Shown here: positions 41,398 to 53,398 of the stretch, piece by piece | How positions within the stretch are numbered: the first letter of the stretch is position 1 | Layout: each line of letters starts with the position of its first letter | Source of the DNA: Pseudothermotoga sp. | GTDB lineage: Bacteria > Thermotogota > Thermotogae > Thermotogales > DSM-5069 | DNA: 64,000 nt | Assembly (NCBI GenBank): GCA_041640575.1 | Contig: JBEPZZ010000004.1 | Location: 1 to 64,000 of the forward strand | Direction: 5' to 3' | Notes under the pieces: generated by a model | What the model was told of the DNA's origin: nothing | The model's database searches: none | Seen by the model: the letters and a program-made list of their open reading frames with translations, nothing else | Program-made: the position numbers and the translations under genes

Positions 41398-42075
41398 TTG
41401 AAAATCAAAAAAATTCTTGAAGAAGATTACCACTTGTACTTTCCTGACAAAGTCTTAGAAACTATTGACAAATACCTTCAACTCTTACTCAATGCTCCAT
41501 TGAATCTCACAAGTATCAACGATTATGCTGAAGCTGTTCACAAACATGTGGCTGATGTTTTAGTACCGATAGACCAAATTAACGGGTCTGTTTTAGATGT
41601 TGGAACAGGAGCGGGAATACCTGGCTTGATAATCGCCATTGTCTTTCCAGTCACAGTAACGCTGTTAGATTCTTCTGAAAAGAAGGTTGCTTGGTTAAGA
41701 AAAACAATTGAAAAGTTAGGCGTGCTGAACGTTGATACTGTTGTAGCAAGAGCTGAGGATCTGGCGAGGAATTTGGTGGAAAAGTTTGACTTCGTAACTG
41801 CTCGTGCGGTCGCAGAACTCAGGATCTTGCTTGAGCTTTGTGCGCCATTCTGCAAGATTGGTGGACAGCTTTATTTTTACAAAGGCCCAAATTGGAAAAC
41901 AGAGTACGAAGTTTCGAAAAATGCCGAAAGGATTTTGAATGTTAGACTAAAAGATGTGGTCAAATACAAACTCGCCAGTGGTGAACAGAGAGCTTTGCTG
42001 ATCTTCGAAAAAATTGGCTCAACTGATCAAAAATTTCCGAGAAAATACAACCAAATTCTCAAAAAGCCTCTTTGA
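41398..42075 (+). CDS. rsmG: 16S rRNA m7G527 methyltransferase
   Basis: NLTS, LDVGTGAGIPG, RAE, TARAVA, YKG, FPRK...KKPL. Confidence 0.95.
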   Translation: MKIKKILEEDYHLYFPDKVLETIDKYLQLLLNAPLNLTSINDYAEAVHKHVADVLVPIDQINGSVLDVGTGAGIPGLIIAIVFPVTVTLLDSSEKKVAWLRKTIEKLGVLNVDTVVARAEDLARNLVEKFDFVTARAVAELRILLELCAPFCKIGGQLYFYKGPNWKTEYEVSKNAERILNVRLKDVVKYKLASGEQRALLIFEKIGSTDQKFPRKYNQILKKPL

Positions 42076-42085
42076 GGTGAAGGAC

Positions 42086-42820
42086 ATGAAAGTCTTGAGG
42101 ACTTGGAACTTGGATGGAAAACTGAATATGTCTTTGGATGTAGTACTTTCGGAGTGTGCAGAAGAACCCATTTTGAGATTTTACACATGGGCCAAACCGA
42201 CACTTTCACTGGGAAGGCATCAAAAAAGGGTGGATTTAGATTTTGAATATCTGAAGAGAAAGGACTTTGACTGTGTGGTTAGACCAACAGGAGGAAGAGC
42301 TGTCCTTCACTGGGAGGAATTGACTTATAGCATAATCATTCCTGCGAACCATGAACTTTACAAAAAAACTGTTTTGGAGCGATATCTTTTGATAAGCGAA
42401 TGCATATGTACCGCACTTGAAAGCCTTGGTTACAATGTAAACCTTGAGAAAACCAAGCACTCAGCAAACACCCCAGCTTGTTTTGATTCTCCTTCAATTT
42501 ATGAATTGACAATCGATGGAAAGAAAATTGTTGGGAGCGCGCAAATGAAAACAGAAAAGGCAATCCTTCAACACGGATCAATAATCTTAAAACCACACTT
42601 GAAAGAATATGCAAGACTTTTAAAAATAAATATGAATGCACTCGAAAACAGAATGAGTGGTTTATATGAATACAAATACATAGACATTGGAAAACTCTGC
42701 CTGGCTCTTGAAAACGAATTTGAAAAACTACTTGGCAAAGCCGTAAACTTAGTAATGAGCAATGAATTGTTCCTTAAAGCTTGGCAGCGAAGGGATGAGT
42801 TCATTTGGCTGGGAAGCTGA
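42086..42820 (+). CDS. Lipoate-protein ligase A family protein (LipM-like octanoyltransferase)
   Basis: NMSLD, LRFYTW..PTLSLG, VRPTGGRAVLH, ACF, KKIVGSAQ, LQHGS. Confidence 0.88.
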   Translation: MKVLRTWNLDGKLNMSLDVVLSECAEEPILRFYTWAKPTLSLGRHQKRVDLDFEYLKRKDFDCVVRPTGGRAVLHWEELTYSIIIPANHELYKKTVLERYLLISECICTALESLGYNVNLEKTKHSANTPACFDSPSIYELTIDGKKIVGSAQMKTEKAILQHGSIILKPHLKEYARLLKINMNALENRMSGLYEYKYIDIGKLCLALENEFEKLLGKAVNLVMSNELFLKAWQRRDEFIWLGS

Positions 42821-43476
42821 TAATAGTTGGAACACCAATAGGTAACATGATGGATATCACGATAAGGGCTATTAAAGCGCTGAGGAATGCTGATGTAATC
42901 TTAGCTGAAGACACAAGAAGAACGTTGAAACTTTTAAAATTCTTTAGAATTGAAGGAAAACCTGTTTATTCCTATGGGGTGCACAACGAAGATAAGAGTA
43001 TTCCAATGATACTTAAAATGCTCCAAGAGGGCAAGACAATCTGCCTCGTAACTGACTCTGGAATGCCATGTGTCTCAGATCCTGGAGCTTTGCTTGTGGA
43101 TGCATGCTGGAGAAAAGGAATTGAGCTTGATGTCATGCCTGGTCCAAGTGCCCTAACATCCGCACTTGCGCTTTGCGGTTTCAACGTATCTCGAGTTCAT
43201 TTTGTGGGGTTTTTGCCAAGGGGAAAAAGGCGCAGAAGACTTTTTAGGAATCTAAAAGATGAGCATGGAGTTTTAGTCTTTTTCGAAGCACCTGTTAGAG
43301 TATCCGAAACCTTGAAGGAAATTCTTGAAATAATAGGAGACAACGAGATTTTCATAGCAAGGGAATTGACAAAAGCTTTTCAACAGCTTTATCGAGGAAA
43401 AGTAAGTGATGCTGTAGAATTGTTCAAGGAAACAAAAGGTGAACTTACACTTGTTCTGAAACTCCAAGGGGGTTAA
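42805..43476 (+). CDS. rsmI: 16S rRNA Cm1402 2'-O-methyltransferase
   Basis: GTPIGN..DIT.RA, AEDTR, DSGMPCVSDPG, PGPSA, GFLP, RELTK. Confidence 0.95.
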   Translation: MAGKLIIVGTPIGNMMDITIRAIKALRNADVILAEDTRRTLKLLKFFRIEGKPVYSYGVHNEDKSIPMILKMLQEGKTICLVTDSGMPCVSDPGALLVDACWRKGIELDVMPGPSALTSALALCGFNVSRVHFVGFLPRGKRRRRLFRNLKDEHGVLVFFEAPVRVSETLKEILEIIGDNEIFIARELTKAFQQLYRGKVSDAVELFKETKGELTLVLKLQGG

Positions 43477-43479
43477 AGA

Positions 43480-43905
43480 ATGAGAGAAAACTTGGAAAAA
43501 ATCTTAAGAGAAATCTGTTTTATTGTGAAGGTTGAAGGAAGACTAGTCCTAAAGGACTATCCAATAACACCAGCACAATTCGATCTGCTGCAAAGGCTTT
43601 ATTTTCGCGGCCCAATGAGGATGACAGAACTTAGTACTAATCTTGGAATAGCAAAGAGTACTCTAAGCGGAATTGTAAAGAGACTCGAAACTATGAAGTA
43701 TGTAAAAAGAGAGCGAGGGACAGACAAACGCGTTTTCCTTATCTCAATTACAAACAAAGGCGAAGAAATTGTTCAAGCCGTGATTCAAAAGAGAGTTGAT
43801 TTCATAGGAAAGGTTATCGAGACGTTTGGCGAGAAGAAAACCAAACAGCTTTATTCCATACTCCTAGAATTCAAAGAAGGGATCGAAAAATGCAGAAGTT
43901 CGTAG
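43480..43905 (+). CDS. MarR-family transcriptional regulator
   Basis: ITPAQF.LL, winged HTH, DKR...ISITNKG. Confidence 0.9.
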   Translation: MRENLEKILREICFIVKVEGRLVLKDYPITPAQFDLLQRLYFRGPMRMTELSTNLGIAKSTLSGIVKRLETMKYVKRERGTDKRVFLISITNKGEEIVQAVIQKRVDFIGKVIETFGEKKTKQLYSILLEFKEGIEKCRSS

Positions 43906-45287
43906 TTCTCATTCTGCTTGTAACCAGTATAAGTTTCGGGGTTTACATTCAAACTAATGTTCCTTACGTTGAGATAAGGCAGAACAACGTTTTGCTTGCA
44001 ATAACGGACAGAAGCGGTTTTGCGAAGATCGATCTTCAGATTCCTGGCAAGGTCGTACTCTCAAAACCAGGATATTTCCCGAAGGAACTTGATATAACAA
44101 ATCTAGAAGCCACCTACTATGTGCAACTGACACCTGCAGCGATTATTTTTGTTCAATCTGATCCAGATGGAGCAGAAGTTTTTCTTGATAATACAAAGAT
44201 AGGCACAACACCAATTCAATTGGATGTGTCACCTGGAGTTCATACTGTGAGAATTGAGAAAGAAGGTTTCTGCGTATACGAAGAAAAAGTTGCAGTTGAG
44301 GTGTTTGACAAAGTTCAGATTAATGTGAATCTTTCTAAGACCCCAAAAGTAAGGATAGTCTCGACCCCAACTGCAGACGTCTACATAAATGGTAGGGCTT
44401 TCGGCAAGACACCTGTGGAAGTCGAACTTAATCAAGGGAAACACAGCATTGAACTCAGAAGGGAGAACTATTTTGATTTGTCGCAAACAATAGAGGTGAA
44501 TAATTTTCAAAACCAATTCTTCGAATTCACGCTTCAGCCATGCGCATATGTCAAAATCACTGCAACACCTAGTCATGCATTTGTACTGCTTGGCGATGAA
44601 CGAAGACTTCAGTCTTCAGTTTTTGGACCACTTGATTTGACCGACAAAACTTTCTTTATTGACGCACTTGGGTATAAGAGGGAAGCTATCGTTGTGAAAC
44701 CAAAACAAGGACTAAATGAACATCACGTTGTTCTTGAACCTTCCGTTTACGAGATTGATTTGCAAATTGATGGGAATGCTACTGCTACTTTGGATGGGAT
44801 GATGCTTGGAGAAGGACCGAGACGCTTACGACTTAATGGGGAAATTCATTTTGTCGAAGTTCAACAAGGCAGCAAGAGATGGGCAGGGATAGTGAACCTT
44901 TCCCAACAGACAACAATTGTGCCGGATTTCAATTACGCAACAGTTATAATGCTTGGGGATAAATTGAGAAGATACGTAATACAAAATGTGGAATACCGTC
45001 CACCTGCGATCGTCTATTTGCCAGCCGGAGTTTATAAAATCAAAGTAGATGAATCAGAAAGAACACTGGAACTTCAGGCTGGTACTGTAACCTATCTCAA
45101 ACAGGAAGGTTATGGATATCTGAATGTTTTCAACTCGCTTGTTGTAGAGGCAACACTTAATTCACAATTTATTGGATTAACTCCTGTGCTATTCTATCCA
45201 CTGAAGCCTGGCAGATACAACTTGAATTTTGGAGATAAGAACATTTCAGTGATTGTATCAGAAGGGCAGATTTTAGTAGTTCGATAG
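43890..45287 (+). CDS. Secreted PEGA-domain protein
   Basis: Signal peptide; SDPDGAEVFLD...GTTP; STPTADVYING..FGKTP; further degenerate repeats. Confidence 0.85.
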   Translation: MQKFVVLILLVTSISFGVYIQTNVPYVEIRQNNVLLAITDRSGFAKIDLQIPGKVVLSKPGYFPKELDITNLEATYYVQLTPAAIIFVQSDPDGAEVFLDNTKIGTTPIQLDVSPGVHTVRIEKEGFCVYEEKVAVEVFDKVQINVNLSKTPKVRIVSTPTADVYINGRAFGKTPVEVELNQGKHSIELRRENYFDLSQTIEVNNFQNQFFEFTLQPCAYVKITATPSHAFVLLGDERRLQSSVFGPLDLTDKTFFIDALGYKREAIVVKPKQGLNEHHVVLEPSVYEIDLQIDGNATATLDGMMLGEGPRRLRLNGEIHFVEVQQGSKRWAGIVNLSQQTTIVPDFNYATVIMLGDKLRRYVIQNVEYRPPAIVYLPAGVYKIKVDESERTLELQAGTVTYLKQEGYGYLNVFNSLVVEATLNSQFIGLTPVLFYPLKPGRYNLNFGDKNISVIVSEGQILVVR

Positions 45288-45301
45288 CGGAGGTGATTTG
45301 C

Positions 45302-46468
45302 TTGCGTAAACATTTAATATGGCTATTGGTAATTTGTTCTATGTTTGTTTTTGCGCAAGAGACACGAATTAGAGATGTTTCGCCTGTTCTTGACATTTAC
45401 GAACCTGTCTCATTCGTCGTTGAAAAGCAAATAATGGAAATCGACGAAAACAACAATTTCAGAGGGGGGCTTTTGACAACTAGATTTGATATAGCCCAGT
45501 ATTTGTACAGATTGATAAAGAATTTCAAACTTGAACAACTCGTTGTAGACGTCGGCAAGTTGAAAACTGATTCAGAAAAGTTTTCAGCCAGATTTTCTGG
45601 TCTGGAATCAGCTTACAAGGTTACCGAGGATAGACTAAAGCAGCTTGAAGCAATTTTGACCACTTTGATCACCAAAGTGGATGAGCTTTCAAGTGACTTA
45701 GCCGCGAAGATCACCAAAGAAATTCAAAGTGTTCTAGAGCAATTGGCACAAATGCAAAAATTTGAAGAGCTCTTCGACAGAATCAGTTCTTTGGAGCAAC
45801 AAATGACAGACTTGCAGAAACAAACAATGGATTTGACAAATCAACAGCAAAGTTATCAATCTAATTTACAATCTCTTTCTAATAAGATCTCACAGCTCGA
45901 AACCAAGCATGCATCGGTGGTAGATGATCTTTCAGCCTTAAAGTCAGAGGTTGGCTTACTGAAAAACAATATTGATGAACAAATTGCAACAGTTGAGAAA
46001 TTGCGAAAAGATGTTGAAACCAAGATTTCCATTTCCGAGAAGCTCATGGATGATAAACTTTCAAGTGCTTTAGGCAAGTTTGACAACAATTTGAAGAACC
46101 TTGCAAGCGATCTTTCCATTCAAAGAAAAGAAGTAGCTGACTTAACCCAGAACTTGTTAGGGCTTAAAGGACAGATTGATGTGCTCCAAAGAACTATTTC
46201 TGCTCTTGAGATAAACGCGACCAAGCAACAGGTACTCGAACTCCAAGCCTTGGCAGCAGAAATAGGCAAAAAAGTTGAGCAAACAAATGTGAACCTGAAA
46301 AAAATGGAAGAAAAAATCGCTACAATGGATATCAGTGCTTTGGAGAAAAGAATCAGCGAACTTGAAATGAGACAAAAAACCATAGAAAGCGGTATCATGA
46401 CAGCTTACCTACTTGGTGGAATCAGTGTAGTTGTCGGAGTCTTGGCTTTAATCATGGCATTACAGTAA
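45302..46468 (+). CDS. Second Omp-alpha-like protein (divergent SLH, coiled coil, C-terminal anchor)
   Basis: Signal peptide; RDV.P....YEPV.FVVEKQIM..DENNNFRG....TRFDIAQYLYRL resembles SLH; long heptad region; hydrophobic C-terminus. Confidence 0.75.
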   Translation: MRKHLIWLLVICSMFVFAQETRIRDVSPVLDIYEPVSFVVEKQIMEIDENNNFRGGLLTTRFDIAQYLYRLIKNFKLEQLVVDVGKLKTDSEKFSARFSGLESAYKVTEDRLKQLEAILTTLITKVDELSSDLAAKITKEIQSVLEQLAQMQKFEELFDRISSLEQQMTDLQKQTMDLTNQQQSYQSNLQSLSNKISQLETKHASVVDDLSALKSEVGLLKNNIDEQIATVEKLRKDVETKISISEKLMDDKLSSALGKFDNNLKNLASDLSIQRKEVADLTQNLLGLKGQIDVLQRTISALEINATKQQVLELQALAAEIGKKVEQTNVNLKKMEEKIATMDISALEKRISELEMRQKTIESGIMTAYLLGGISVVVGVLALIMALQ

Positions 46469-46479
46469 GGTGATTCATC

Positions 46480-47106
46480 GTGAAAAAAGCGATATTGGTC
46501 ATCCTATTGATCTGTATTTCAACTTTAACTCTGGCAAAGACAATTCATATCGTATCAAAATACGTCAAGCCAGAAAAGGATCAAGCTTATTACGAAGGAA
46601 ATGTCAGAGTTGAGGTGCCTGATGACAAGCTGAGACTTGAGAGTGAAACAATGACTGTTACGAAATTTCAAAATGAGTGGAGAATAGTTGATGCAAAACA
46701 GGTGAAAGTATTCTTCGAAGACGGTGAAGCAGCTGCGAAAGCTTTACGCTACGATCTGAAACTAAAGGCAGGAACACTGAGTGAATCAATACAGGCAAAG
46801 GTTAGGGACAAAGAAAGCCAGGATGTTATTGAGGTAACTTCCGACAAAATGAGCATTGATCTTGAAAATGACGTTTTCACAGGCGAATCTTTAGGCAAGG
46901 TATTGATAATTAAAGGTAAAATTGAGGCAAAGGCAAAGAAATTCTTATACGACAGAAAGAATGGCTTGATAAAACTTGAAGGCGAAGTTGAGCTGATCGA
47001 TCTTGAGAAAAACATTAAAATGTGGGCAGACAGTGTTCAAATAACCACGGTAGATGATAAAATGGTTGCAACAAATGCCAAAGTTGAACTAGTTGTGGAG
47101 GAGTGA
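46480..47106 (+). CDS. LptA/OstA-like beta-jellyroll periplasmic protein
   Basis: Signal peptide; repeated 'YEGNVRV', 'A..L.YD', 'AKKFLYD...G.IKLEGEV.L' beta-strand units. Confidence 0.65.
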   Translation: MKKAILVILLICISTLTLAKTIHIVSKYVKPEKDQAYYEGNVRVEVPDDKLRLESETMTVTKFQNEWRIVDAKQVKVFFEDGEAAAKALRYDLKLKAGTLSESIQAKVRDKESQDVIEVTSDKMSIDLENDVFTGESLGKVLIIKGKIEAKAKKFLYDRKNGLIKLEGEVELIDLEKNIKMWADSVQITTVDDKMVATNAKVELVVEE

Positions 47107-48387
<1,281 letters not shown>

Positions 48388-49065
48388 TTGCCTCATATCT
48401 TTTATGCAAAGAAAACAGGCGATTTTGTCGAACTGGACGAGAGAGAGACACATCATTTGAAAGTAGTACGTCATAGAGTTGGAGATATTATCAAGGTCAC
48501 GGATGGAAAAGGTGTTCTCTATGTATGTGAACTGGTAGAAGTTGGGAAAGAAAAATCCATAGCCTCAATCAAGCAGTCTAATGTAATGGAAGCGCAACAA
48601 AAGGAAGCAATAACTTTGTGTGCTGCTTCGGAGAATTGGGACAGGCTTAGATGGCTAATTGAAAAATCAACAGAGGTTGGTATCGACCGAATAGTCATCT
48701 ACAAAGCTAAAAGATCTAGATCATACGTTCAAAAAAAAGACAAAATTGAGTTAATAGTCCGTGAGGCGGCAAAACAATGCGAAAGAGTTCTCTTCCCAGA
48801 GGTCAAAGTCTGCGACGAACTTGATTTTAAGGATTTAAACGGCAGAACAGTGATTCTTCACAAAAGTGGAAGACCGGCAAATATACAAGATTTCCAAGCC
48901 CCAATTACGATTGTTGTAGGACCAGAGGGCGATTTTGAAGAGGACGAGCTTGAAAAATTTAGACAAAAAGCAGAGTTCTTGAGCCTGGGAAAAAAGATTC
49001 TGAGATTTGAAACAGCGGCTTTTTTAGCTCTTTGCTTATCTGGATTTATTAATAGCCGCATTTGA
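48388..49065 (+). CDS. rsmE: 16S rRNA m3U1498 methyltransferase
   Basis: HHLKVVR, EKSTEVG, EAAKQC.R, VGPEGDF, LG..ILRFETA. Confidence 0.93.
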   Translation: MPHIFYAKKTGDFVELDERETHHLKVVRHRVGDIIKVTDGKGVLYVCELVEVGKEKSIASIKQSNVMEAQQKEAITLCAASENWDRLRWLIEKSTEVGIDRIVIYKAKRSRSYVQKKDKIELIVREAAKQCERVLFPEVKVCDELDFKDLNGRTVILHKSGRPANIQDFQAPITIVVGPEGDFEEDELEKFRQKAEFLSLGKKILRFETAAFLALCLSGFINSRI

Positions 49066-49078
49066 AAGGGGGCGCTTT

Positions 49079-49462
49079 ATGAAAAAGGGTAAGAAAGTTC
49101 TTTCACACGTAAAATATGAAAAAGAGCTTGAAAGTGCCTACCGTGAAAGACTTTCCTTAATCAAAAAGCCGGAAGAAATTGGAAGGGTTTTTGTCGAGTT
49201 TGCGTTAATTTTGCTTGAAAAAATTGATCAAAGAATCGACAAATCTTTTTCTGATCAGATCTTCTTCGACCCGACAAACGAAAACGGTTACCGTCTGTCT
49301 GCATCGTTGACAAATCTTTTGTCTGAACATCTTGCAAATAGCGATTTACCAGCGATTTTGAAAAGGATGGCTTCAACAGCAGCTCATAGATACAGATCAT
49401 TGACATCAGACAACGAAAGAACGAATTACTTTCGTTTGCAGGAGCGTCCGGATCAAAGATAG
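49079..49462 (+). CDS. Hypothetical protein
   Basis: 127-aa ORF with an AGGGGG SD, closed by a terminator. No motif recognised. Confidence 0.65.
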   Translation: MKKGKKVLSHVKYEKELESAYRERLSLIKKPEEIGRVFVEFALILLEKIDQRIDKSFSDQIFFDPTNENGYRLSASLTNLLSEHLANSDLPAILKRMASTAAHRYRSLTSDNERTNYFRLQERPDQR

Positions 49463-49473
49463 AGAAACCATTC

Positions 49474-49507
49474 AAAAATAGCGCAGGGGTTCGACCCTGC
49501 GTTTTTT
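49474..49507. terminator. Bidirectional intrinsic terminator
   Basis: aaaaata-gcgcaggg-gttcga-ccctgcgt-ttttt between convergent genes. Confidence 0.8.
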
Positions 49508-49521
49508 CACTACTTATCTTC

Positions 49522-50661
49522 TCATTCTTCACAATATATGCCAGTAACAAGTGATCCAAAAATCATTGCGCAACCCATTACAATAAACATCAGTCTGAAT
49601 GAAATTTCAGAGAGCAAGCCAGTTATCAAGGGGCCAAACAAACTCCCAAACATGCGAACAGATGTGAGCAAACCAAGAAATTCCGCTTTTCTGTTATGTG
49701 GGGAGTTTTCAGAAACAAAGTAAGTTGCGCCATTTATAAACGCACCAAATCCCATGCCAGATACCGCATATCCAAGAAAAACCATAATGTAATCACCAGG
49801 CCTTGCAAAAGCAAACAAAAATGCACCCAGACCAGATAAAAACATTCCCATCGTTGCAACAAACTTTGACGAAATTCTTCCAACAAGCCAACCAAAAAGT
49901 AAATGTGAAGGCACCTGCATAAAGGGGTTACTTGAAGCCAAAAGCAAAGTTTGGCTCTTGGTTAGTCCAACTATTTCGTTCAGATATATACCTATTACTG
50001 CAAAGGTTCCGCCTATACCAAGCTGTCTCAAAAACGAACCCAAATACATTGCCCAGAGATTCTTCTTTTTAAGAACTGTTTTTGAAGTTATTGCTGAGAA
50101 AATTCTTTGAAGGTTCGTTCTTGTTATTTCATATTTAACATGAGGAATGCTTGGAGTTAAAGCAATCATAAACAAAGAAACCAACGAAACTGCGTACAGA
50201 ATTAGCATTACACTCGTAACGCTTGCTGAGTTCATAAGGGGAGATATGATTAATCTTCCTATGGCTAATCCAAGAGATCCGGATATGTTGGACAAAAGGA
50301 TGATCACATTTGTTCTAAACAATGTGCTTTCTATGAGTATCGCTGTGACTATCGGATCATAAGCCGATGAAAGAAACGCGAAAATAATCGCTACCAGGAA
50401 GAATTCCCATGCTTCTTTGACGAAAGAATAAAAAAGAAAGACAACAGAGCTTGCTATCAGAGGCAGCATAAGTGTTTTTTTTCTTTCCCTCATCTCATCG
50501 CTCAGAGCTCCCCAGAATGGTGCAGCTATGCTTCCCACGCCACTTGTAATTGTTGACAGGAAGCTGATTGAAAAGATGTCAATTCCTAGTTCTCTCATTT
50601 TGAACTGTAAAAGCATATCATAGTTTCCTATGGTGAAATTTCTTATAAAAGTTGAACCCAA
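49522..50661 (-). CDS. MFS transporter (start uncertain)
   Basis: WGALSD.MRERK motif A variant, 11-12 TM. The TTG start has no clear SD. Confidence 0.85.
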   Translation of the reverse strand: MGSTFIRNFTIGNYDMLLQFKMRELGIDIFSISFLSTITSGVGSIAAPFWGALSDEMRERKKTLMLPLIASSVVFLFYSFVKEAWEFFLVAIIFAFLSSAYDPIVTAILIESTLFRTNVIILLSNISGSLGLAIGRLIISPLMNSASVTSVMLILYAVSLVSLFMIALTPSIPHVKYEITRTNLQRIFSAITSKTVLKKKNLWAMYLGSFLRQLGIGGTFAVIGIYLNEIVGLTKSQTLLLASSNPFMQVPSHLLFGWLVGRISSKFVATMGMFLSGLGAFLFAFARPGDYIMVFLGYAVSGMGFGAFINGATYFVSENSPHNRKAEFLGLLTSVRMFGSLFGPLITGLLSEISFRLMFIVMGCAMIFGSLVTGIYCEE

Positions 50662-50671
50662 AAGTTTGAGA

Positions 50672-52186
50672 CTATTCCCATTCGATAGTTGCTGGTGGTT
50701 TTGAGCTGACGTCGTAGACTACCCTCCCAATTCCTTTAACGCTATTCAGAATTCTTCTTGCAGCAAGATCAAGAACTTCGTGAGGAATCTTTGACCAGTC
50801 GGCGGTCATACCCTCCGAGCTATCAACAGCTCTCAGAGCAAGAACATAATCGTAAGCTCTTTTGTCCCCTCTTACACCAACGGACTTCACAGGCAAAAGT
50901 ACACAAAAAGCTTGCCACACTTTTTCATACCATCCGGTTTCCTTAAGTGTCTCGATGAATAAGCTATCTGCTTCTTTCAAAATCTCAAGTTTTTCTTCCG
51001 TTACTTCTCCAATTATTCTAACGGCGAGTCCAGGGCCAGGAAAAGGATGGCGGTAAAGTATCTGCCTTGGAATTCCCAACATTTCTCCAACCAACCTAAC
51101 TTCATCTTTGAAGAGGTTTCTAAGTGGTTCAACAATTTGCAAATTCATCCTTTCTGGAAGACCACCAACATTGTGATGACTTTTTATCGCAGCTGTTTTC
51201 TTTCCAGATTTTGCGCTCTCTATGACGTCCGAATAAATCGTCCCCTGAACCAGATGAGTTGCGCCATACTCTTCAGCTTGCTTCTCAAAAACTCTTATGA
51301 ATTCCTCTCCAATTATTTTTCGCTTTCTTTCCGGATCTGATACACCACGCAATCTCTCCAAAAATCTCTTTCTAGCATCTATCTTTACCAAGTTGAGGCC
51401 AAGAAGTCCCTTGAAAACCTTTGGTACATCATTCTCTTCACCTTTTCTCAAAAGTCCATGATCGACAAAAATGCTCAATAAATTTTCACCAACAGCTTTA
51501 TGAGTCAAAACACAGGCAACGGAAGAATCAACGCCTCCCGAAAGAGCCGCAATCACCTTTTTCTCAGCCAAAACTTCTCTAAGTTCTTCGATCTTTCTTC
51601 TCACAAAATCTTCCAGATTCCAATTCGGCGTAAGACCACAAATTTTTGCAAGAAAATTGTGCAGAATATCCCTTCCTTTGACAGTATGTCTGACCTCTGG
51701 ATGAAATTGTAAAAGCCAGAACCTCTTTCCATCGGTCGCAGCGGCAATCATCTCGTCAGTTGACTTTGCCAAAACTTTGAAACCTTTTGGCAGAACTTTA
51801 ACATGATCTCCGTGACTCATCCAAACCGTTGTCTGATCCTCTATACCTGAGAAAATTGGATCCTTCTCAAGGATTCTTATCACAGTTCTACCGTATTCAG
51901 CTTTCTGCCCTGGTTCAACCTTTCCATTCAACGAGTAAGCAACTAGTTGCATTCCATAGCATATTCCAAGAACTTTTCCATCGTACATTTCAAACCACTT
52001 TGGCAGCTTTGGAGCATCATTTTCGTAAACACTCGCTGGACCACCTGACAGTATAATTGCTTTCGCATCCTGTAGTTCAACTGGTTCATCGTATTGAACA
52101 ACCTGGCTGTAATAACCAAGTTCCCTAACCAAGCGAGCTATTAATTGCGTATACTGAGAACCATAATCCACAACTAAGACTTTCAT
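50672..52186 (-). CDS. guaA: GMP synthase (glutamine-hydrolysing)
   Basis: DYGSQY, GICYGMQ, QFHPEV, SGGVDSSV, IKSHHNVGGLP, KPPATIEWE. Confidence 0.98.
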   Translation of the reverse strand: MKVLVVDYGSQYTQLIARLVRELGYYSQVVQYDEPVELQDAKAIILSGGPASVYENDAPKLPKWFEMYDGKVLGICYGMQLVAYSLNGKVEPGQKAEYGRTVIRILEKDPIFSGIEDQTTVWMSHGDHVKVLPKGFKVLAKSTDEMIAAATDGKRFWLLQFHPEVRHTVKGRDILHNFLAKICGLTPNWNLEDFVRRKIEELREVLAEKKVIAALSGGVDSSVACVLTHKAVGENLLSIFVDHGLLRKGEENDVPKVFKGLLGLNLVKIDARKRFLERLRGVSDPERKRKIIGEEFIRVFEKQAEEYGATHLVQGTIYSDVIESAKSGKKTAAIKSHHNVGGLPERMNLQIVEPLRNLFKDEVRLVGEMLGIPRQILYRHPFPGPGLAVRIIGEVTEEKLEILKEADSLFIETLKETGWYEKVWQAFCVLLPVKSVGVRGDKRAYDYVLALRAVDSSEGMTADWSKIPHEVLDLAARRILNSVKGIGRVVYDVSSKPPATIEWE

Positions 52187-53007
52187 TTTTTCACCTTCAA
52201 ACCAAGAATTTCACGCGCACGTTGTGGTGTAGCTATTTTTCTTCCAAGCTCCTTTGCAATTCTTACAACTTTTTCAACAAGTTCAGCATTCGATCTAGCA
52301 AGAACTCCTTTTTCAATATAAATATTATCTTCCAATCCAACTCTAACATTTCCACCCATAGCTATGGCCATCGCGGCCATTTGAAATTGATGCCTTCCGA
52401 TCCCAGCAACTGTCCAAGTTGCATCTTTTGGAAGACTATCAACCATTGTAACTAAGTTCCTTGCGTTTGCCGCTATCCCGCCCGGTACTCCCATTACAAA
52501 ATCAAAGTGTAGATGACTTTCAACCAAGCCCTTTTTAACCAACTGAATAGCGTTGTTAATATGACCAAGGTCAAAACACTCAAATTCGGGCATAATCCCC
52601 TTTTCTTTCATAGCTTTTGCAAAACTTTCTACCATTGGCATACTGTTCATAAAAACGTCATTTCCAAAGTTCACTGTTCCTGTAGTTAACGTTGCCATAT
52701 CTGGATCCGCTTCCAAAGATTGCAATCTTTCTTCTGGTGTCATCCAAACTGCTCCACCCGTCGACACTTGGACGATAATATCTTCGCATTTTTCTCTTAT
52801 CAAATTGACGACTTTTTTGAAAATTTCTGCATTTTGAGTTGGATTCCCATTCTCGTCTCTCACATGTAAATGAACAATTGAAGCACCAGCCATATAAGCA
52901 TCATACGTTTGCTGCGCAATCTCTTCAGGAGTTATTGGTATATACGGCGTATCCTTTCGTGTCACTTCTGCTCCACACACCGCAACAGTTATTATAAGTT
53001 CATCCAT
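52183..53007 (-). CDS. kce: 3-keto-5-aminohexanoate cleavage enzyme (DUF849/BKACE)
   Basis: IITVA.CGAE, P.TPEEIA, HLHVRD, STGG, PEFECFD, VRVGLED. Adjacent to kal. Confidence 0.9.
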   Translation of the reverse strand: MDELIITVAVCGAEVTRKDTPYIPITPEEIAQQTYDAYMAGASIVHLHVRDENGNPTQNAEIFKKVVNLIREKCEDIIVQVSTGGAVWMTPEERLQSLEADPDMATLTTGTVNFGNDVFMNSMPMVESFAKAMKEKGIMPEFECFDLGHINNAIQLVKKGLVESHLHFDFVMGVPGGIAANARNLVTMVDSLPKDATWTVAGIGRHQFQMAAMAIAMGGNVRVGLEDNIYIEKGVLARSNAELVEKVVRIAKELGRKIATPQRAREILGLKVKK

Positions 53008-53398
53008 CTTTCTTCACCTTCCTTTGCTTATCCTTAGGCACAACACAAACAGCAATTGCCCTAGCAACCAAAACCGGCGGATCCAATACATCGCAAGCTG
53101 ATTCTTGACCAGGTATTCTTGCATTTGTTATAATTTTGTACACCTCAAACGTCATCTTTCTTGAAGTATTGCCGACTTCGGTTATCTGGCCGTGAATTTC
53201 CAGAAAATCTCCTGCGAAAACTGGTTTTAGAAATTCAACCGATTCATAAGCCCTCAATAAACCTTCATCACCATCATGTCTTATCAAAAGTTCAGTTGCA
53301 ACATCACCCATCAATTGCAATAGCTTTGCTCCGTCAACAAGTCCACCGGCATAATGTGCGTCATGTTCGCTCATTCTTACTCTTAGAAAGGCTTTCAT
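53000..53398 (-). CDS. kal: 3-aminobutyryl-CoA ammonia-lyase (hotdog fold)
   Basis: [49 protein letters not shown]. Confidence 0.9.
   Translation of the reverse strand: MKAFLRVRMSEHDAHYAGGLVDGAKLLQLMGDVATELLIRHDGDEGLLRAYESVEFLKPVFAGDFLEIHGQITEVGNTSRKMTFEVYKIITNARIPGQESACDVLDPPVLVARAIAVCVVPKDKQRKVKKDG

Noticed and set aside
50662..50682. Possible frameshift at the MFS 5' end (an out-of-frame ATG overlapping the guaA end)
   Set aside because: Cannot be distinguished from a simple TTG start without orthologue alignment. The protein looks essentially complete.
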